Of a stretch of 64,000 nt of DNA, positions 1 through 9,694 are shown in pieces. Both the position numbers and the translations under genes were made by a program. Position 1 is the first letter of the stretch; each line of letters opens with the position of its first letter. The stretch comes from Tepidisphaera sp. (lineage in GTDB: Bacteria > Planctomycetota > Phycisphaerae > Phycisphaerales > UBA1924). The DNA lies in the NCBI GenBank assembly GCA_050916045.1, contig CP051526.1, positions 224,001-288,000 on the forward strand. The letters are read 5' to 3'. The notes beneath the pieces are model-generated. The model searched no databases, had not been told where the DNA came from, and saw only the letters and a list, made by a program, of their open reading frames with translations.

Positions 1-1
1 C

Positions 2-616
2 CCCAGCCAGATGTCCCTCCCCGACGTCGCTTGGTTCCGTGCTTTCACCACGATGAAGGACCACCGCGGCAACCCCGGCTGCTACCTGCTTCAGCCCTCC
101 GACGCGTATGCGGCGTACCGCTTGACCGAGGTCATGGCGGACTACGTCGGGGCCTGCTACATGCGGACCCTCCGCGCGGACACCGAGTTCCTGTACAACG
201 ACGACGTGATCTTCAACCTCGGCGGGTTCGAGACCCTGCACGAGGGCCGCGATGTGCTGATCTGCGCCTCGGGCTACATGGTTCACGAAGCCAACAAAGC
301 GATCGACCTGCTCGACAAAGCCGGCGTTTCGGCTTCCCTCGTCGATCTCTACTCGCTGCCCTTCGACACGGACGCGCTGCTCGACCTCGTCCTGGCCAAC
401 AACGGGCACGTCCTCACGGTCGAGGACAACTACGGCGGCGGCATCGGCTCGGCCGTGGCCGACGCTCTCGTTGATTCCGGCGATGCGTTCAAGCTCAAGC
501 AGATGCACGTTCGCCGCATCCCCAAGAGCGGCCGGACGCCCGAAGACCTCCTCAAGATGTGCGGCCTGACAGCCGAGGACATCAAGAAGGGCGCGATGGA
601 GATGCTCGGCGTCTAA
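2..616 (+). CDS. Transketolase, C-terminal part (5' end outside window)
   Basis: YMRTLR, DVLICASGYMVHEANKA, LTVEDNYGGGIG and IPKSG motifs match transketolase pyrimidine-binding and C-terminal domains. Confidence 0.85.
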   Translation, partial: PSQMSLPDVAWFRAFTTMKDHRGNPGCYLLQPSDAYAAYRLTEVMADYVGACYMRTLRADTEFLYNDDVIFNLGGFETLHEGRDVLICASGYMVHEANKAIDLLDKAGVSASLVDLYSLPFDTDALLDLVLANNGHVLTVEDNYGGGIGSAVADALVDSGDAFKLKQMHVRRIPKSGRTPEDLLKMCGLTAEDIKKGAMEMLGV

Positions 617-646
617 CCGCCCGGCGAACACCTCTGAAGCAAGCGA

Positions 647-681
647 CGAGGACCGTCCCCATGGGCGGTCCTCGCTGTTTT
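647..681 (+). terminator. Probable intrinsic terminator between convergent genes
   Basis: Stem cgaggaccgtccc / gggcggtcctcg followed by ctgtttt. Confidence 0.7.
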
Positions 682-688
682 ACACGGC

Positions 689-1648
689 TCAGCCGCGGCC
701 CCAGAGGACAAGCCAGATCATCAGAGCGGCGAACGAAACCGCCGCGGCCTGCACCCGCCAGTCGTGCGAAGCGATCTCCGTCGGATCGTCGTACTCCGCA
801 CGCTCCACAAGCACGATCGCTCGGAGCAGGCCGTACGTCGCGGGGATCAGCGTCAGCCAGAGCAGGTTGAACCCGCGCAGGTACCGCTGCTCGTGCGCCT
901 GCACGTACATCGCGTACGTCACCAGCGTGGCGACGGCGGTCACGACGACGCTCATGCGGAGCAGCTCTTCGGTGTAGGCTTTCTGCACCCCGCGGACCGA
1001 AGCCGGATCCACGCCCTGCGCCTGCATCAGACGCCGTTCGCCAAGCCGCTTGCAGAACGCCAGGAACATCGCCAGAAAGAACGTCACGTTCAGGAGCCAC
1101 GTCGATGGCACCACGCCCGTCGCCGCGCATCCGCCCAGAACTCGAAGCACAAACCCGCCCGAAAGCGAGATGACGTCCGCCATGATCGCGTTCTTGAAGC
1201 CCCACGAGTACGCCAGCACGTTTCCCGCGTACGCGATCAGAGCGACAAGCGTCCACCAGGCTTGGGTCGGAGGCAGCAGCGCCAGAAGACCCAGGCCGGC
1301 CAGAGCCAAGACGCCCGCAAGCGTCGCACCCTGGCCGGGCGACACCGCACCCGATGCGATCGGACGGTTCCGCTTCCGCGGGTGTAGGCGGTCCTTGGGC
1401 GCATCCGCCAGGTCATTGACGATGTAGCAGGCGCTGGAAACCAGCGCGAAAGCCGCCGCCGCGATCAGCGCCAGCGGCATCAGCTCCCTGCCCGACTTGC
1501 CGCTCGCCGGGTCCGCTAGGGCGTAGATCGGCCCGACCAGGACAAAGACGCTCTTGGCCCACTGGACGGGTCTTGCCAGCCTGATAAGGCTCTTCCAGAG
1601 CGGGGCTTTGGAAGGGGGGATGGAGGATGGGGAAGGAGTCGCGGTCAT
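689..1648 (-). CDS. UbiA-family prenyltransferase (decaprenyl-phosphate phosphoribosyltransferase-like)
   Basis: RPVQWAKS, YIVNDLADAPKDRLHPRKRNRPIASG, KRLGE and DDPT motifs; multiple TM helices; start uncertain (1648 or 1672). Confidence 0.85.
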   Translation of the reverse strand: MTATPSPSSIPPSKAPLWKSLIRLARPVQWAKSVFVLVGPIYALADPASGKSGRELMPLALIAAAAFALVSSACYIVNDLADAPKDRLHPRKRNRPIASGAVSPGQGATLAGVLALAGLGLLALLPPTQAWWTLVALIAYAGNVLAYSWGFKNAIMADVISLSGGFVLRVLGGCAATGVVPSTWLLNVTFFLAMFLAFCKRLGERRLMQAQGVDPASVRGVQKAYTEELLRMSVVVTAVATLVTYAMYVQAHEQRYLRGFNLLWLTLIPATYGLLRAIVLVERAEYDDPTEIASHDWRVQAAAVSFAALMIWLVLWGRG

Positions 1649-1745
1649 GGGTTGGGCGTGAATGGCATACATCGGTCCAAAGCCGGTTCCGGCTTCCCGA
1701 TTCGCCGCCTACGCCAACCGGGGTGAGGGGGTTCTACGCTCCGGC

Positions 1746-2540
1746 ATGACCATCCTCGGCGTCAATATTGACCATGTCGCCACCCTGCGTCAGGCCCGAT
1801 ATCGGGAGGGACCCGGCGGTGCCTCGGGCTACGGCGAGCCTGATGTCCTCCAAGCCGCGTTCGAAGCCGTCGGCGCCGGCGCTCAGTGCATCACGGTTCA
1901 CCTCCGCGAGGACCGCCGCCACATCGTCGACCGCGACGTCGAACTTCTCCGCAGGACGGTGCCGGTTCGGTTCAACCTCGAGATGGCCGGCACCGACGCG
2001 ATGGTCGCGCTCGCCGATCGCCTCCGACCCCACGAAGCCACGCTCGTCCCCGAGGGACGGCAGGAAGTCACGACCGAAGGCGGTTTGGACGTCCGGGGCG
2101 ACCTTGCGAAATGGAAGTCCGTCGTCGCCAAGCTTCACGCCGCCGGGGTCTTCGCGTCCGCGTTCGTTGATCCTTCGGTGACGCAGGTCGAAGCTTGCCG
2201 CTCGGCGGGATTCGATGCGTGCGAACTTCACACAGGCCGTTACGCCCACGCGTTCGCGGCGTGCGGCGGCGATTTCGGCAACGCCGACCTCGCGCGGGAG
2301 TTCGGGCTGGTCCGAGACGCCGGCGCGAAAGCGATCCAGCTTGGCATGCGATTCCACGCCGGCCATGCTCTCAACATCTTCAATGTTCCGGCGGTTGCGG
2401 CGCTCCCGGACGTCGCCGAGCTTCACATCGGGCACTCGATCGTCGCCCGAGCGATTTTCGTTGGTCTTCGGGCGGCGGTGGGGGAGATGCTCAACGTGAT
2501 CGACCGTTCGGCGCGAAACCGCGGCCCGGCGACACCGTAA
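1746..2540 (+). CDS. pdxJ: Pyridoxine 5'-phosphate synthase
   Basis: LGVNIDHVATLRQAR, ITVHLREDRRHI, TTEGGLD, ELHIGHSIVARA. Confidence 0.96.
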   Translation: MTILGVNIDHVATLRQARYREGPGGASGYGEPDVLQAAFEAVGAGAQCITVHLREDRRHIVDRDVELLRRTVPVRFNLEMAGTDAMVALADRLRPHEATLVPEGRQEVTTEGGLDVRGDLAKWKSVVAKLHAAGVFASAFVDPSVTQVEACRSAGFDACELHTGRYAHAFAACGGDFGNADLAREFGLVRDAGAKAIQLGMRFHAGHALNIFNVPAVAALPDVAELHIGHSIVARAIFVGLRAAVGEMLNVIDRSARNRGPATP

Positions 2541-2567
2541 GACACACCGTCACAGAAGGAGGAACCG

Positions 2568-3050
2568 GTGTCGATCGTTCAGCATTTCCGCAGTATGGTG
2601 GCTTACGAGACGTGGGCGAATCGCGCTTCGCTGGCATCCATCGAAACCGTGCCCCCCGCGGCCCGGTCCGGGGTGGTCTTTCCCCGGGCTTTGCAGGTCA
2701 TGGCTCACAACCAGCTCGCGCGGCGGGCTTGGCTTGCCCGCTTGCAGGGACGGGTCGAGGTCATTGCGGACTGGTTCCCGACCTGGAGTGCCGCGGAGAT
2801 CGCGACGGCCGCCGCCGAGCTGGACGCCGCGTGGTCGGACTACCTCGCGGGGCTTTCCGAAGCGGATCTCGCCCGCGAGATCTCGTACAAAGCCAGCGAC
2901 GGGACCGCGTACACGAGCACCGTTCACGAAGTGCTCACCCACGTCGCCAACCACTCGACCTACCACCGCGGGCAGGTCGCGCGGCTTGTCAGCGAAGCCG
3001 GGGGTCGCCGCGCCGTGACCGACTACATCGCGATGACCCGGCGGTCGTGA
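2568..3050 (+). CDS. DinB-family protein
   Basis: YETWAN and VLTHVANHSTYHRGQV metal-binding His motif; AGGAGG SD upstream. Confidence 0.85.
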   Translation: MSIVQHFRSMVAYETWANRASLASIETVPPAARSGVVFPRALQVMAHNQLARRAWLARLQGRVEVIADWFPTWSAAEIATAAAELDAAWSDYLAGLSEADLAREISYKASDGTAYTSTVHEVLTHVANHSTYHRGQVARLVSEAGGRRAVTDYIAMTRRS

Positions 3051-3054
3051 TCGT

Positions 3055-3513
3055 TCACCGCGAAGCCGGCGCGAGGGTGCCTGTCCCGGAGAAATCGACC
3101 GTCGGCGTGCGCACCCCGAAATCAAAGAGGACGCCCGCGATCGTGCCCGGCTCGACGTACGTCATGGTGCCCTCAACCTCGTAGACGCCGCCGGCTCCGA
3201 TCCCGCCCGGCACGACCGCCGGAAGCAGGAGCCGCTGCGTGCCGAACCGCCGGAGCGTGGCCTGCGGCGATCGGAAACCAGAGAAAACCTGCTTGCCGTC
3301 ACGAGAAACCGTGTATCGAACCTCCGTGAGCGGGAGCTGGTCCTCCGCCGTGCTCTGAGCTTCGAGCTCCACGATCAGAAGGGAGCCGTCCGGGGTCGAA
3401 TCGCCGGGAGTCATCCCGACGACCGAGATCATCGGTGCCGGCGTCGACCAGCAGCCTCCCATCGCGAGGCAGGAAGCGGCCAGACCGACAGGCAGGAGCG
3501 TTCGAAGCAGCAT
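3055..3513 (-). CDS. Putative lipoprotein, LEA_2-like fold
   Basis: Hydrophobic signal ending LAMGGC, then beta-rich domain; TACACT box 7 nt before ATG 3513. Confidence 0.55.
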   Translation of the reverse strand: MLLRTLLPVGLAASCLAMGGCWSTPAPMISVVGMTPGDSTPDGSLLIVELEAQSTAEDQLPLTEVRYTVSRDGKQVFSGFRSPQATLRRFGTQRLLLPAVVPGGIGAGGVYEVEGTMTYVEPGTIAGVLFDFGVRTPTVDFSGTGTLAPASR

Positions 3514-3594
3514 GGCCGACAGTGTACGGGTCGAGCTTGGGTCGGAGCGATTCGGTATCATGCCCGAGGGGCCGGTGGGTCCAAGGAACGCACC

Positions 3595-4248
3595 ATGTCC
3601 CACGGGCTGGAGCAGCGGTTCATCGAGCTATGCGGGAGGGTCGCGCCGGGGTCCTCGGCCGAGGGCGGAGCGTTCGCCTTTCATCTGCTTTCGGCGTGCT
3701 ACGCCTATCCGCGGCGGGAGTACCACTCGCTGAAGCACATCGGGGAATGCCTGGGGCATCTGGACGCGTTCCGGTCTATTGCGCAGGACGCCGACGCTTT
3801 GGAGTTCGCGATTTTCGTGCACGACGCGATCTATGACGCGACGCGGAAGGACAACGAAGCTCGCAGCGCGATCCTCGGCGCGATGCTTCTGGATCAGCTC
3901 GGGGCTCCGGCGGAGAAGGTTTCGCGGGTGAACGAGCTGGTTGCGGCGACGACCCATACCCGTTCGGGGCTGGCGGGGGACGAATCGCTGATCGTGGACA
4001 TCGATTTGGCGATTCTCGGGGCGGATTCGGCGCGATACGACGAGTACGCGGTGGGGATTCGCAAGGAATACGCCCATGCGGACGCTTCGGCGTACCGCGT
4101 GGGCCGGTGCGCGTTCCTCCGGGCGATGCTGGCCCGAGAACGGTTATTCGGCCATGAAACCGTTCGGGATCGGTTTGAAACGCAGGCCCGCGCGAACCTC
4201 GCGGTCGAGCTTGAGTCGCTCTCGCCGCAGCGCGCCGCGGACCGGTAA
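3595..4248 (+). CDS. Predicted HD-superfamily metal-dependent phosphohydrolase
   Basis: REYHSLKHI, AIFVHDAIYD, DNEARSA, DIDLAILG, IRKEY. Confidence 0.85.
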   Translation: MSHGLEQRFIELCGRVAPGSSAEGGAFAFHLLSACYAYPRREYHSLKHIGECLGHLDAFRSIAQDADALEFAIFVHDAIYDATRKDNEARSAILGAMLLDQLGAPAEKVSRVNELVAATTHTRSGLAGDESLIVDIDLAILGADSARYDEYAVGIRKEYAHADASAYRVGRCAFLRAMLARERLFGHETVRDRFETQARANLAVELESLSPQRAADR

Positions 4249-4293
4249 GCGGCCTCAAAGTTGAACTTGCAAGGAAAGTCCTGCAATCCGACA

Positions 4294-4322
4294 TTGAAAT
4301 TGACCGGTTTGTCAGGTATCTT
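4294..4322 (+). promoter_or_regulatory. Sigma70-type promoter for the large secreted protein
   Basis: TTGAAA-N17-TATCTT in an AT-rich stretch; TGAC-N6-GTCA palindrome in the spacer. Confidence 0.55.
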
Positions 4323-4447
4323 GGAAGGAACCGCAAGGATCTGCGGAGCGAATCCGGAGTCTACAGGCCGCACCCTTTTTTCGGGCGGCTGAGTCTCCAC
4401 CGGGACCGATAACGGAACCGAACAAAGTCAAGACGGGAGCGAACGCG

Positions 4448-7400
4448 ATGGATTTGAAGACGTCAAGGCGTGGAATCGTGTCGGCCTTGTGCAGGGGTGT
4501 GTCGACGAAGGTCGTGACGGGTCTGGCGGCCTTGATGGCCGCCGGTGCCGCTTCCGCTCAGCCTTGCGACGGGCAGTTCCAGACCGGGAACGGCATTCCC
4601 GGAATCAGCGGCAACGGCAACACGATCGTCTCCTGGGACCCGGACGGTGCGGGTCCGACGCCCGAGCTGCTTTATGCCGGCGGCCGGTTCAAGCTCGCCC
4701 ACACGACCTTGGTGAACAGCTTCGCGTCGTGGGAGCCTCTCTTCAATCAGCAGAACCCGACGGGGATCTGGCGGAGCGTGGCGGGTGGCGTGACCGGCGC
4801 GGGTGGGGCATTGGGCACGATCAACGTGCTTTTCCCGATCGGCACGGACATGCTGGTGGGCGGTCAGTTCACGACCGCGGGCGGTGTGGCGGCGACGAAC
4901 GTCGTGAAGTTCGACGGCCTGACGAACACGTGGATTCCTTACGGAGCCGGCGTGAACGGCCCGGTCTTTGCGGCGACGATCTTCAACGGGCAGCTCTTTA
5001 TCGGCGGCCGGTTCCAGATCACTCCGGGCATCCCCTCGCAGGACAGCGTGGCCCGCTGGGACGGTTCCCGTTGGCGTGCGGTCGGAGCCGGGTTCCAGAT
5101 TCCCGATCCGGCGGACGATCCGCCCTCTGATCCGCCTCTGACGCTTCCCGGTACCGTGTTCTCTCTTGCGGTGCACAACAACCGGCTCTACGCGGGCGGT
5201 GCGTTCGTCTTCTCCGGCCGGACCCCGGCTCCGGAGCTTGAGCCGATCGACTGTCAGTATTTCGCGGTGTGGAATCCTCAGGCGCAGGTGTGGTCGCCGA
5301 TGCTCGCCACGGAGTTGACGGCGCCGTTCCCGTACGCCCCGGTCGTCTACACGCTCCGCTCTTACGGCGGCCTGCTTTATCTGGGCGGCATCTGGGACAA
5401 CTACGGCGCATCCATCGCGGTTTCCAACGGCGTCTCTGAGCTTCTGGGCGGCGTCGTGGCTCCGGTCAACGGCGGTGTGTACAAGTTCTTTGACTGGAGC
5501 AAGGTGTACTCGCTGAACCAGGTCGGCACCGAGCTGATCGTGGGCGGCGACTTTGAGTACGCCGGCGCGGCGAGCTCCCGGTACGCGTTCAACGTGGTTC
5601 GTTGGAACGGCGCTCAGTACCTGGCCGTGGCTGACGGCGGCTCGGAAGGGACTGTGGTTTCGGTGGCTCCGCACCGCGGCCAGCTGGCGATCATGGGCGG
5701 GCTTGAAGTCGTGAACGGCCAGCGCGTTCGCGGCCTGTCTTGGTACAACGGTTCGATCTGGACGCGTACCGGCCTCGGCCAGGACGGTCCGATCACGGCG
5801 ATGGCCAAGTTCAACAACCAGATCGTGGCGGGCGGCGGTTTCGGCCGCATGTCCAACGACACGATGGCGCTGGGCGTGGCGTTCTTCAACGGCACGTCCT
5901 GGACGCAGGTCGGTCAGGGTCTCTCTTCCGGCGCTCGCGGCACGCTTCCGCTGCCTCCCCCGGCCGTTCAGCCCAACCGTCCTCTCCAGCCTCCGGTCAT
6001 CAACGACCTCACGACCCACAACGGCGATCTGATCGCGGTGGGCGAGTTCTCGCAGTCGGGTACCACGACCGGGTTCGCGAATATCGCGTCCTGGAACGGC
6101 GCGGTCTGGTCGCCGGTGGGACAGGTTGACGGTCCGGTGTACGGAGCCGCAAGCTACCGCGGTCGCCTCTACATCGCCGGTGACCTCATCAACTACGGCA
6201 ACATCTGCGAGTACGACGGGTTCGGCGGGTACAACGCCGTGACCTTCGGCACTGACGGCCCGGGCCTCTGCCTGACGGTCCACAACGACCAGCTCGTCGC
6301 GGGCGGCATCTTCGGATTTGCCGGCGGCGTGGACACGGGCGTGATCGCCAAGTGGAACTACGACACCGAAACCTGGTCGCGCATCAGCAACACGCAGCGG
6401 ACCTTTACGCCCCCGCCGCAGAATCCCCCGATCCCGCCGCAGTGCAACGCCGTGGCGGTCATCGACGGCGTTCTCTACGCCGGCGGCAACTGGATCAACA
6501 TCAACGGCAACGCCAACCTCCGCAAGCTTGCGAAGTTTGATCAGGCAAGCGGCCTGTGGGTCCCGGTCGGTCCCAACCTGACCGGTCCCAACTTCGATGT
6601 CTGGACGATCAACAAGGTCGGCAACAGCATCTACGTCGGCGGCGCCGGCGGCGCGAACCTCATGGCTTTCGACGGCACCGCTTGGCGGACCGTTGACGGC
6701 GGCACGGACGGCCCGGTCTTCGGCGTCGAAGAGCTCAACGGCCGCGCCTGGGTCGGCGGCAACTTCCTCACCGCCAGCGGCGAGCCTTCCTCCTACTTCA
6801 CCTCCTACATCGCGGACATCCCCGTCTCCATCACGACCTCTCCGGCCGGTGCGACCGTCTGTGAAGGCGGAAGCGTGACGCTGAGCGTCGCCGCGACCGG
6901 CACGGCTCCCATCACCTACCAGTGGAAGCGCAACGGCGTCGACGTCGCGGGCGCGACCGCTCCGACCCTCAACCTCAACCCCGTGAACGCGGGCAACGCC
7001 GGCAACTACACCGTGGTCGTCCGCAACAGCTGCTCCAACGCCACCAGCGGCGCGGCGGCGGTCGTGGTCAACCCGGCGGCGGCGATCACGACTCAGCCGC
7101 AGAACCGGTCGCTCTGCTCCGGTCAGGCGCTGAGCCTCTCCGTCACCGCGACGGGCAACCCCACCTATCAGTGGCGCCTCAACGGCAACAACATCAACGG
7201 CGCGACGGCTTCGACCTACACGGTCGCCAACCCGACCGCCGCGGACGCGGGCAACTACACGGTCGTCGTCTCTAACAACTGCAACAGCGTCACGAGCAAC
7301 GCCGCGGTCGTGACCATCAATCAGTCCGTCTCCATCACGGCCCAGCCCCAGGGTCAGAACATCTGCTCGAGCACGGCCCTGAACCTGTCGGTCACGGCGA

Positions 7401-7987
7401 CCGGCAGCGGCACGCTGACCTACCAGTGGCGCCGCAACGGCAACAACATCGAGGGCGCGACCAGCGACACCTACTCGGTCGCCAACCCCACCAGCGCCAA
7501 CTCCGGCACCTACACCGTCATCGTGACCAACGCCTGCGGCAGCCTCACGAGCAACGCCGCCAACGTCACCGTCAACCAGGCCGCGGCGATCACCAACCAC
7601 CCGCAGGGCGCCTTCGGCTGCACCGGCGGCACGGTGAACCTCTCGGTCACGGCGACCGGTTCCAACCTCACCTACCAGTGGCAGCGCAACGGCCAGAACA
7701 TCGAGGGGGCGACGTCCTCGACCTACCTCGTCAACGTGAGCGTCGCCACCGCCGGCGACTACCGCGTGCTCGTGTCCAACTCCTGCGGCTCGGTCACCAG
7801 CAACGTCGCGACCGTCTCGGTCTGCGGTGCTGACTTCAACTGCGACCAGTTCGTCGACTTCTTCGACTACCTCGACTTCGTGACCGCCTTCGAGGACGGC
7901 CTCAACGGCGGCGACTTCAACGCCGACGGCTTCATCGACTTCTTCGACTACATCGAGTTCACCGACGCCTACACGACCGGCTGCTAA
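4448..7987 (+). CDS. Large secreted protein: beta-propeller-like repeats, 4 Ig-like domains, C-terminal dockerin-like (GC-ending) domain
   Basis: Signal peptide ASAQP; repeated LYAGGxF...WDGxxW; four ITxQP...YQWxxNG...YTVVV units; two DFNxDxFxDFFDY repeats ending GC. Confidence 0.85.
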   Translation: MDLKTSRRGIVSALCRGVSTKVVTGLAALMAAGAASAQPCDGQFQTGNGIPGISGNGNTIVSWDPDGAGPTPELLYAGGRFKLAHTTLVNSFASWEPLFNQQNPTGIWRSVAGGVTGAGGALGTINVLFPIGTDMLVGGQFTTAGGVAATNVVKFDGLTNTWIPYGAGVNGPVFAATIFNGQLFIGGRFQITPGIPSQDSVARWDGSRWRAVGAGFQIPDPADDPPSDPPLTLPGTVFSLAVHNNRLYAGGAFVFSGRTPAPELEPIDCQYFAVWNPQAQVWSPMLATELTAPFPYAPVVYTLRSYGGLLYLGGIWDNYGASIAVSNGVSELLGGVVAPVNGGVYKFFDWSKVYSLNQVGTELIVGGDFEYAGAASSRYAFNVVRWNGAQYLAVADGGSEGTVVSVAPHRGQLAIMGGLEVVNGQRVRGLSWYNGSIWTRTGLGQDGPITAMAKFNNQIVAGGGFGRMSNDTMALGVAFFNGTSWTQVGQGLSSGARGTLPLPPPAVQPNRPLQPPVINDLTTHNGDLIAVGEFSQSGTTTGFANIASWNGAVWSPVGQVDGPVYGAASYRGRLYIAGDLINYGNICEYDGFGGYNAVTFGTDGPGLCLTVHNDQLVAGGIFGFAGGVDTGVIAKWNYDTETWSRISNTQRTFTPPPQNPPIPPQCNAVAVIDGVLYAGGNWININGNANLRKLAKFDQASGLWVPVGPNLTGPNFDVWTINKVGNSIYVGGAGGANLMAFDGTAWRTVDGGTDGPVFGVEELNGRAWVGGNFLTASGEPSSYFTSYIADIPVSITTSPAGATVCEGGSVTLSVAATGTAPITYQWKRNGVDVAGATAPTLNLNPVNAGNAGNYTVVVRNSCSNATSGAAAVVVNPAAAITTQPQNRSLCSGQALSLSVTATGNPTYQWRLNGNNINGATASTYTVANPTAADAGNYTVVVSNNCNSVTSNAAVVTINQSVSITAQPQGQNICSSTALNLSVTATGSGTLTYQWRRNGNNIEGATSDTYSVANPTSANSGTYTVIVTNACGSLTSNAANVTVNQAAAITNHPQGAFGCTGGTVNLSVTATGSNLTYQWQRNGQNIEGATSSTYLVNVSVATAGDYRVLVSNSCGSVTSNVATVSVCGADFNCDQFVDFFDYLDFVTAFEDGLNGGDFNADGFIDFFDYIEFTDAYTTGC

Positions 7988-8011
7988 GCGATCAGAGACT
8001 CAGTCAACCAC

Positions 8012-8050
8012 CGAGCCCGCGGGACACTCCCGCGGGCTCGTTTCTTTTTC
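8012..8050 (+). terminator. Intrinsic terminator
   Basis: 13-bp perfect stem cgagcccgcggga / tcccgcgggctcg plus tttcttttt. Confidence 0.9.
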
Positions 8051-8073
8051 CGGATCGTGCTCCCGCCACGCTC

Positions 8074-8700
8074 TCAGAAGGGCTCAAAGACCGGCGGGCC
8101 GGGCGGAGCGTCCGCGAGCTGAAGTCCGCGAGCCGTCGGCGCCGGGGCAAACGGCCTGCTCAACCGGTCGAACGCCGCCGTCGGCAGGTGCACCGTCCGC
8201 CAGCGCAGGCTCCGCACCTTCATCGCGCTCATGTAGTCACCAAGCGTGATCGCTCGCAGCGCGTACCACCGTCCGCGATGCTCGAAGATCTCTTCAAACA
8301 GAGCGTCCGGCGGCTGCTCATCGCACCAGTAGATGAACACGAACGCGGGCATGAACTCCGGCCCGAAAAGCCGGCCCCACGCTTCGAGCGAGCTCACATC
8401 GTCAAGCGTCACCCAGCTTTCAAGCCTGCCCTTGGGCGGAGCCGCCGGATTCGCGATCATCCGTCGCGCGATCCGCCGCCCCTTGACCTCCACCAGCAGG
8501 TTCGAGCCCTGCCCGTAGATGACAAAGTCGAAGGACTTCAGCGCCGCCGCCGTCGACCCATCCGGCGCGGTGCGCACCAGAAGCGGCTGCCCCTCGGGAA
8601 CAAGCGCCTTCTTGGCTTCATCCACCGCGACGTACGGCACACGCCGCGTGCGGAGGAATGTCTCAAAAGCGTGCTCGTAATGGTGACGACGCTGAGCCAC
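8074..8700 (-). CDS. HYExAFE family protein (PD-(D/E)XK-like motif)
   Basis: HHYEHAFE near N-terminus, PYVAVDEAKK, SFDFVIY...LLVEVK; GTG start 5 nt after TACGCT. Confidence 0.85.
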   Translation of the reverse strand: MAQRRHHYEHAFETFLRTRRVPYVAVDEAKKALVPEGQPLLVRTAPDGSTAAALKSFDFVIYGQGSNLLVEVKGRRIARRMIANPAAPPKGRLESWVTLDDVSSLEAWGRLFGPEFMPAFVFIYWCDEQPPDALFEEIFEHRGRWYALRAITLGDYMSAMKVRSLRWRTVHLPTAAFDRLSRPFAPAPTARGLQLADAPPGPPVFEPF

Positions 8701-8737
8701 ACCGGAGCGTACCACACGCCGACCCCGCGTGACGGGC

Positions 8738-9664
8738 TCAATCCGTCCGACGGAGCAGCCGGTCGAGAATCACAGGGATCGCCGGGGGCACCGGGCCCTT
8801 CGCCGCCCGCCCAAGCCGCGTCCGCACCGCGTCCGTCGGGGAGACGTTCCGCACCAGACCCCGATGCGTCGCGCAAAGTTCAACCACGTCCCGCACGCCC
8901 GCAAGCCGCGCCGAAGCCACCGACACCACCCCGTCCCCCATCGCGTCCAGAATCGCCCGCCCCACGGTGTTCCGCTCGGGCGGAAGCGGCAGCAGCCGGC
9001 CCAGGATGATCGTCATCGCCACTTCTGGCAACGGCCTTGTCTCCAGATCAGTGAAGAACGGCGAACCCGGCATGAGGTCCACGCCCGCCCGGCCGCGTTC
9101 TCCTCGCGGGCTGGCCGAACCCGGCGGAGTCCACCCCGGGCTTTCGGCCCAGCGGGCCAATTGCTCGCGAGCTTCGGCGACCCAGCGATGGCGAGCCAGC
9201 GGCGAGCCCTTGTTGGGAGTCCCGATCGTGATCAGCCGCTGCGGCGCGGGCAGGGTCCCCGGCTTTGCCGGCCTCGTGAGCGCATCGCGAGCGACCAGGC
9301 CACCCATCGAGTGACCGATCGCGTCAAAGGTCCGCACCCCCATCGCGGCAAGCTCGGCGAGGGTCGCGAGCAACCGGTCCGCCGACGCCGCGATCGCCTG
9401 ATCGTTCGGATAGTCGAACCTTGCCACGCAAAGCCCGGCCGAAGCGATCGCCGGCCCCGCGTCGTCCCAGATCCGTCCCGGTTCATCGAGTCCGTGGATC
9501 AGCACCACAAGCCGGTCCGGCCGGGCGGTCGGCGGCTCGGGGGTCCAGTGGTGTCCCGGCGGCGATGGGGGAGTCAGCCCGTGCGAGCGATGGGGCGATC
9601 CGGGCTTGAGATAGAACAACCCGAGCGGGATGCGGTGGCCGGGCTTGGAGGTTGAACGCTTCAC
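8738..9664 (-). CDS. Alpha/beta hydrolase (lipase/esterase)
   Basis: VLIHGL, GHSMGG nucleophile elbow, IGTPNKGS, GDGVV, THRGL. Confidence 0.85.
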   Translation of the reverse strand: MKRSTSKPGHRIPLGLFYLKPGSPHRSHGLTPPSPPGHHWTPEPPTARPDRLVVLIHGLDEPGRIWDDAGPAIASAGLCVARFDYPNDQAIAASADRLLATLAELAAMGVRTFDAIGHSMGGLVARDALTRPAKPGTLPAPQRLITIGTPNKGSPLARHRWVAEAREQLARWAESPGWTPPGSASPRGERGRAGVDLMPGSPFFTDLETRPLPEVAMTIILGRLLPLPPERNTVGRAILDAMGDGVVSVASARLAGVRDVVELCATHRGLVRNVSPTDAVRTRLGRAAKGPVPPAIPVILDRLLRRTD

Positions 9665-9694
9665 GAGACGGCGGGGAGCTTGGCGTGGTGCGGA

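Noticed and set aside
4323..4420. c-di-GMP-I riboswitch in the leader
   Set aside because: Only vague similarity; no GNRA tetraloop/receptor or clear P1/P2 consensus. Needs Infernal to decide
4463..7600. 1045-aa minus-strand ORF
   Set aside because: Antisense shadow of the strongly codon-biased secreted protein; no recognisable motifs
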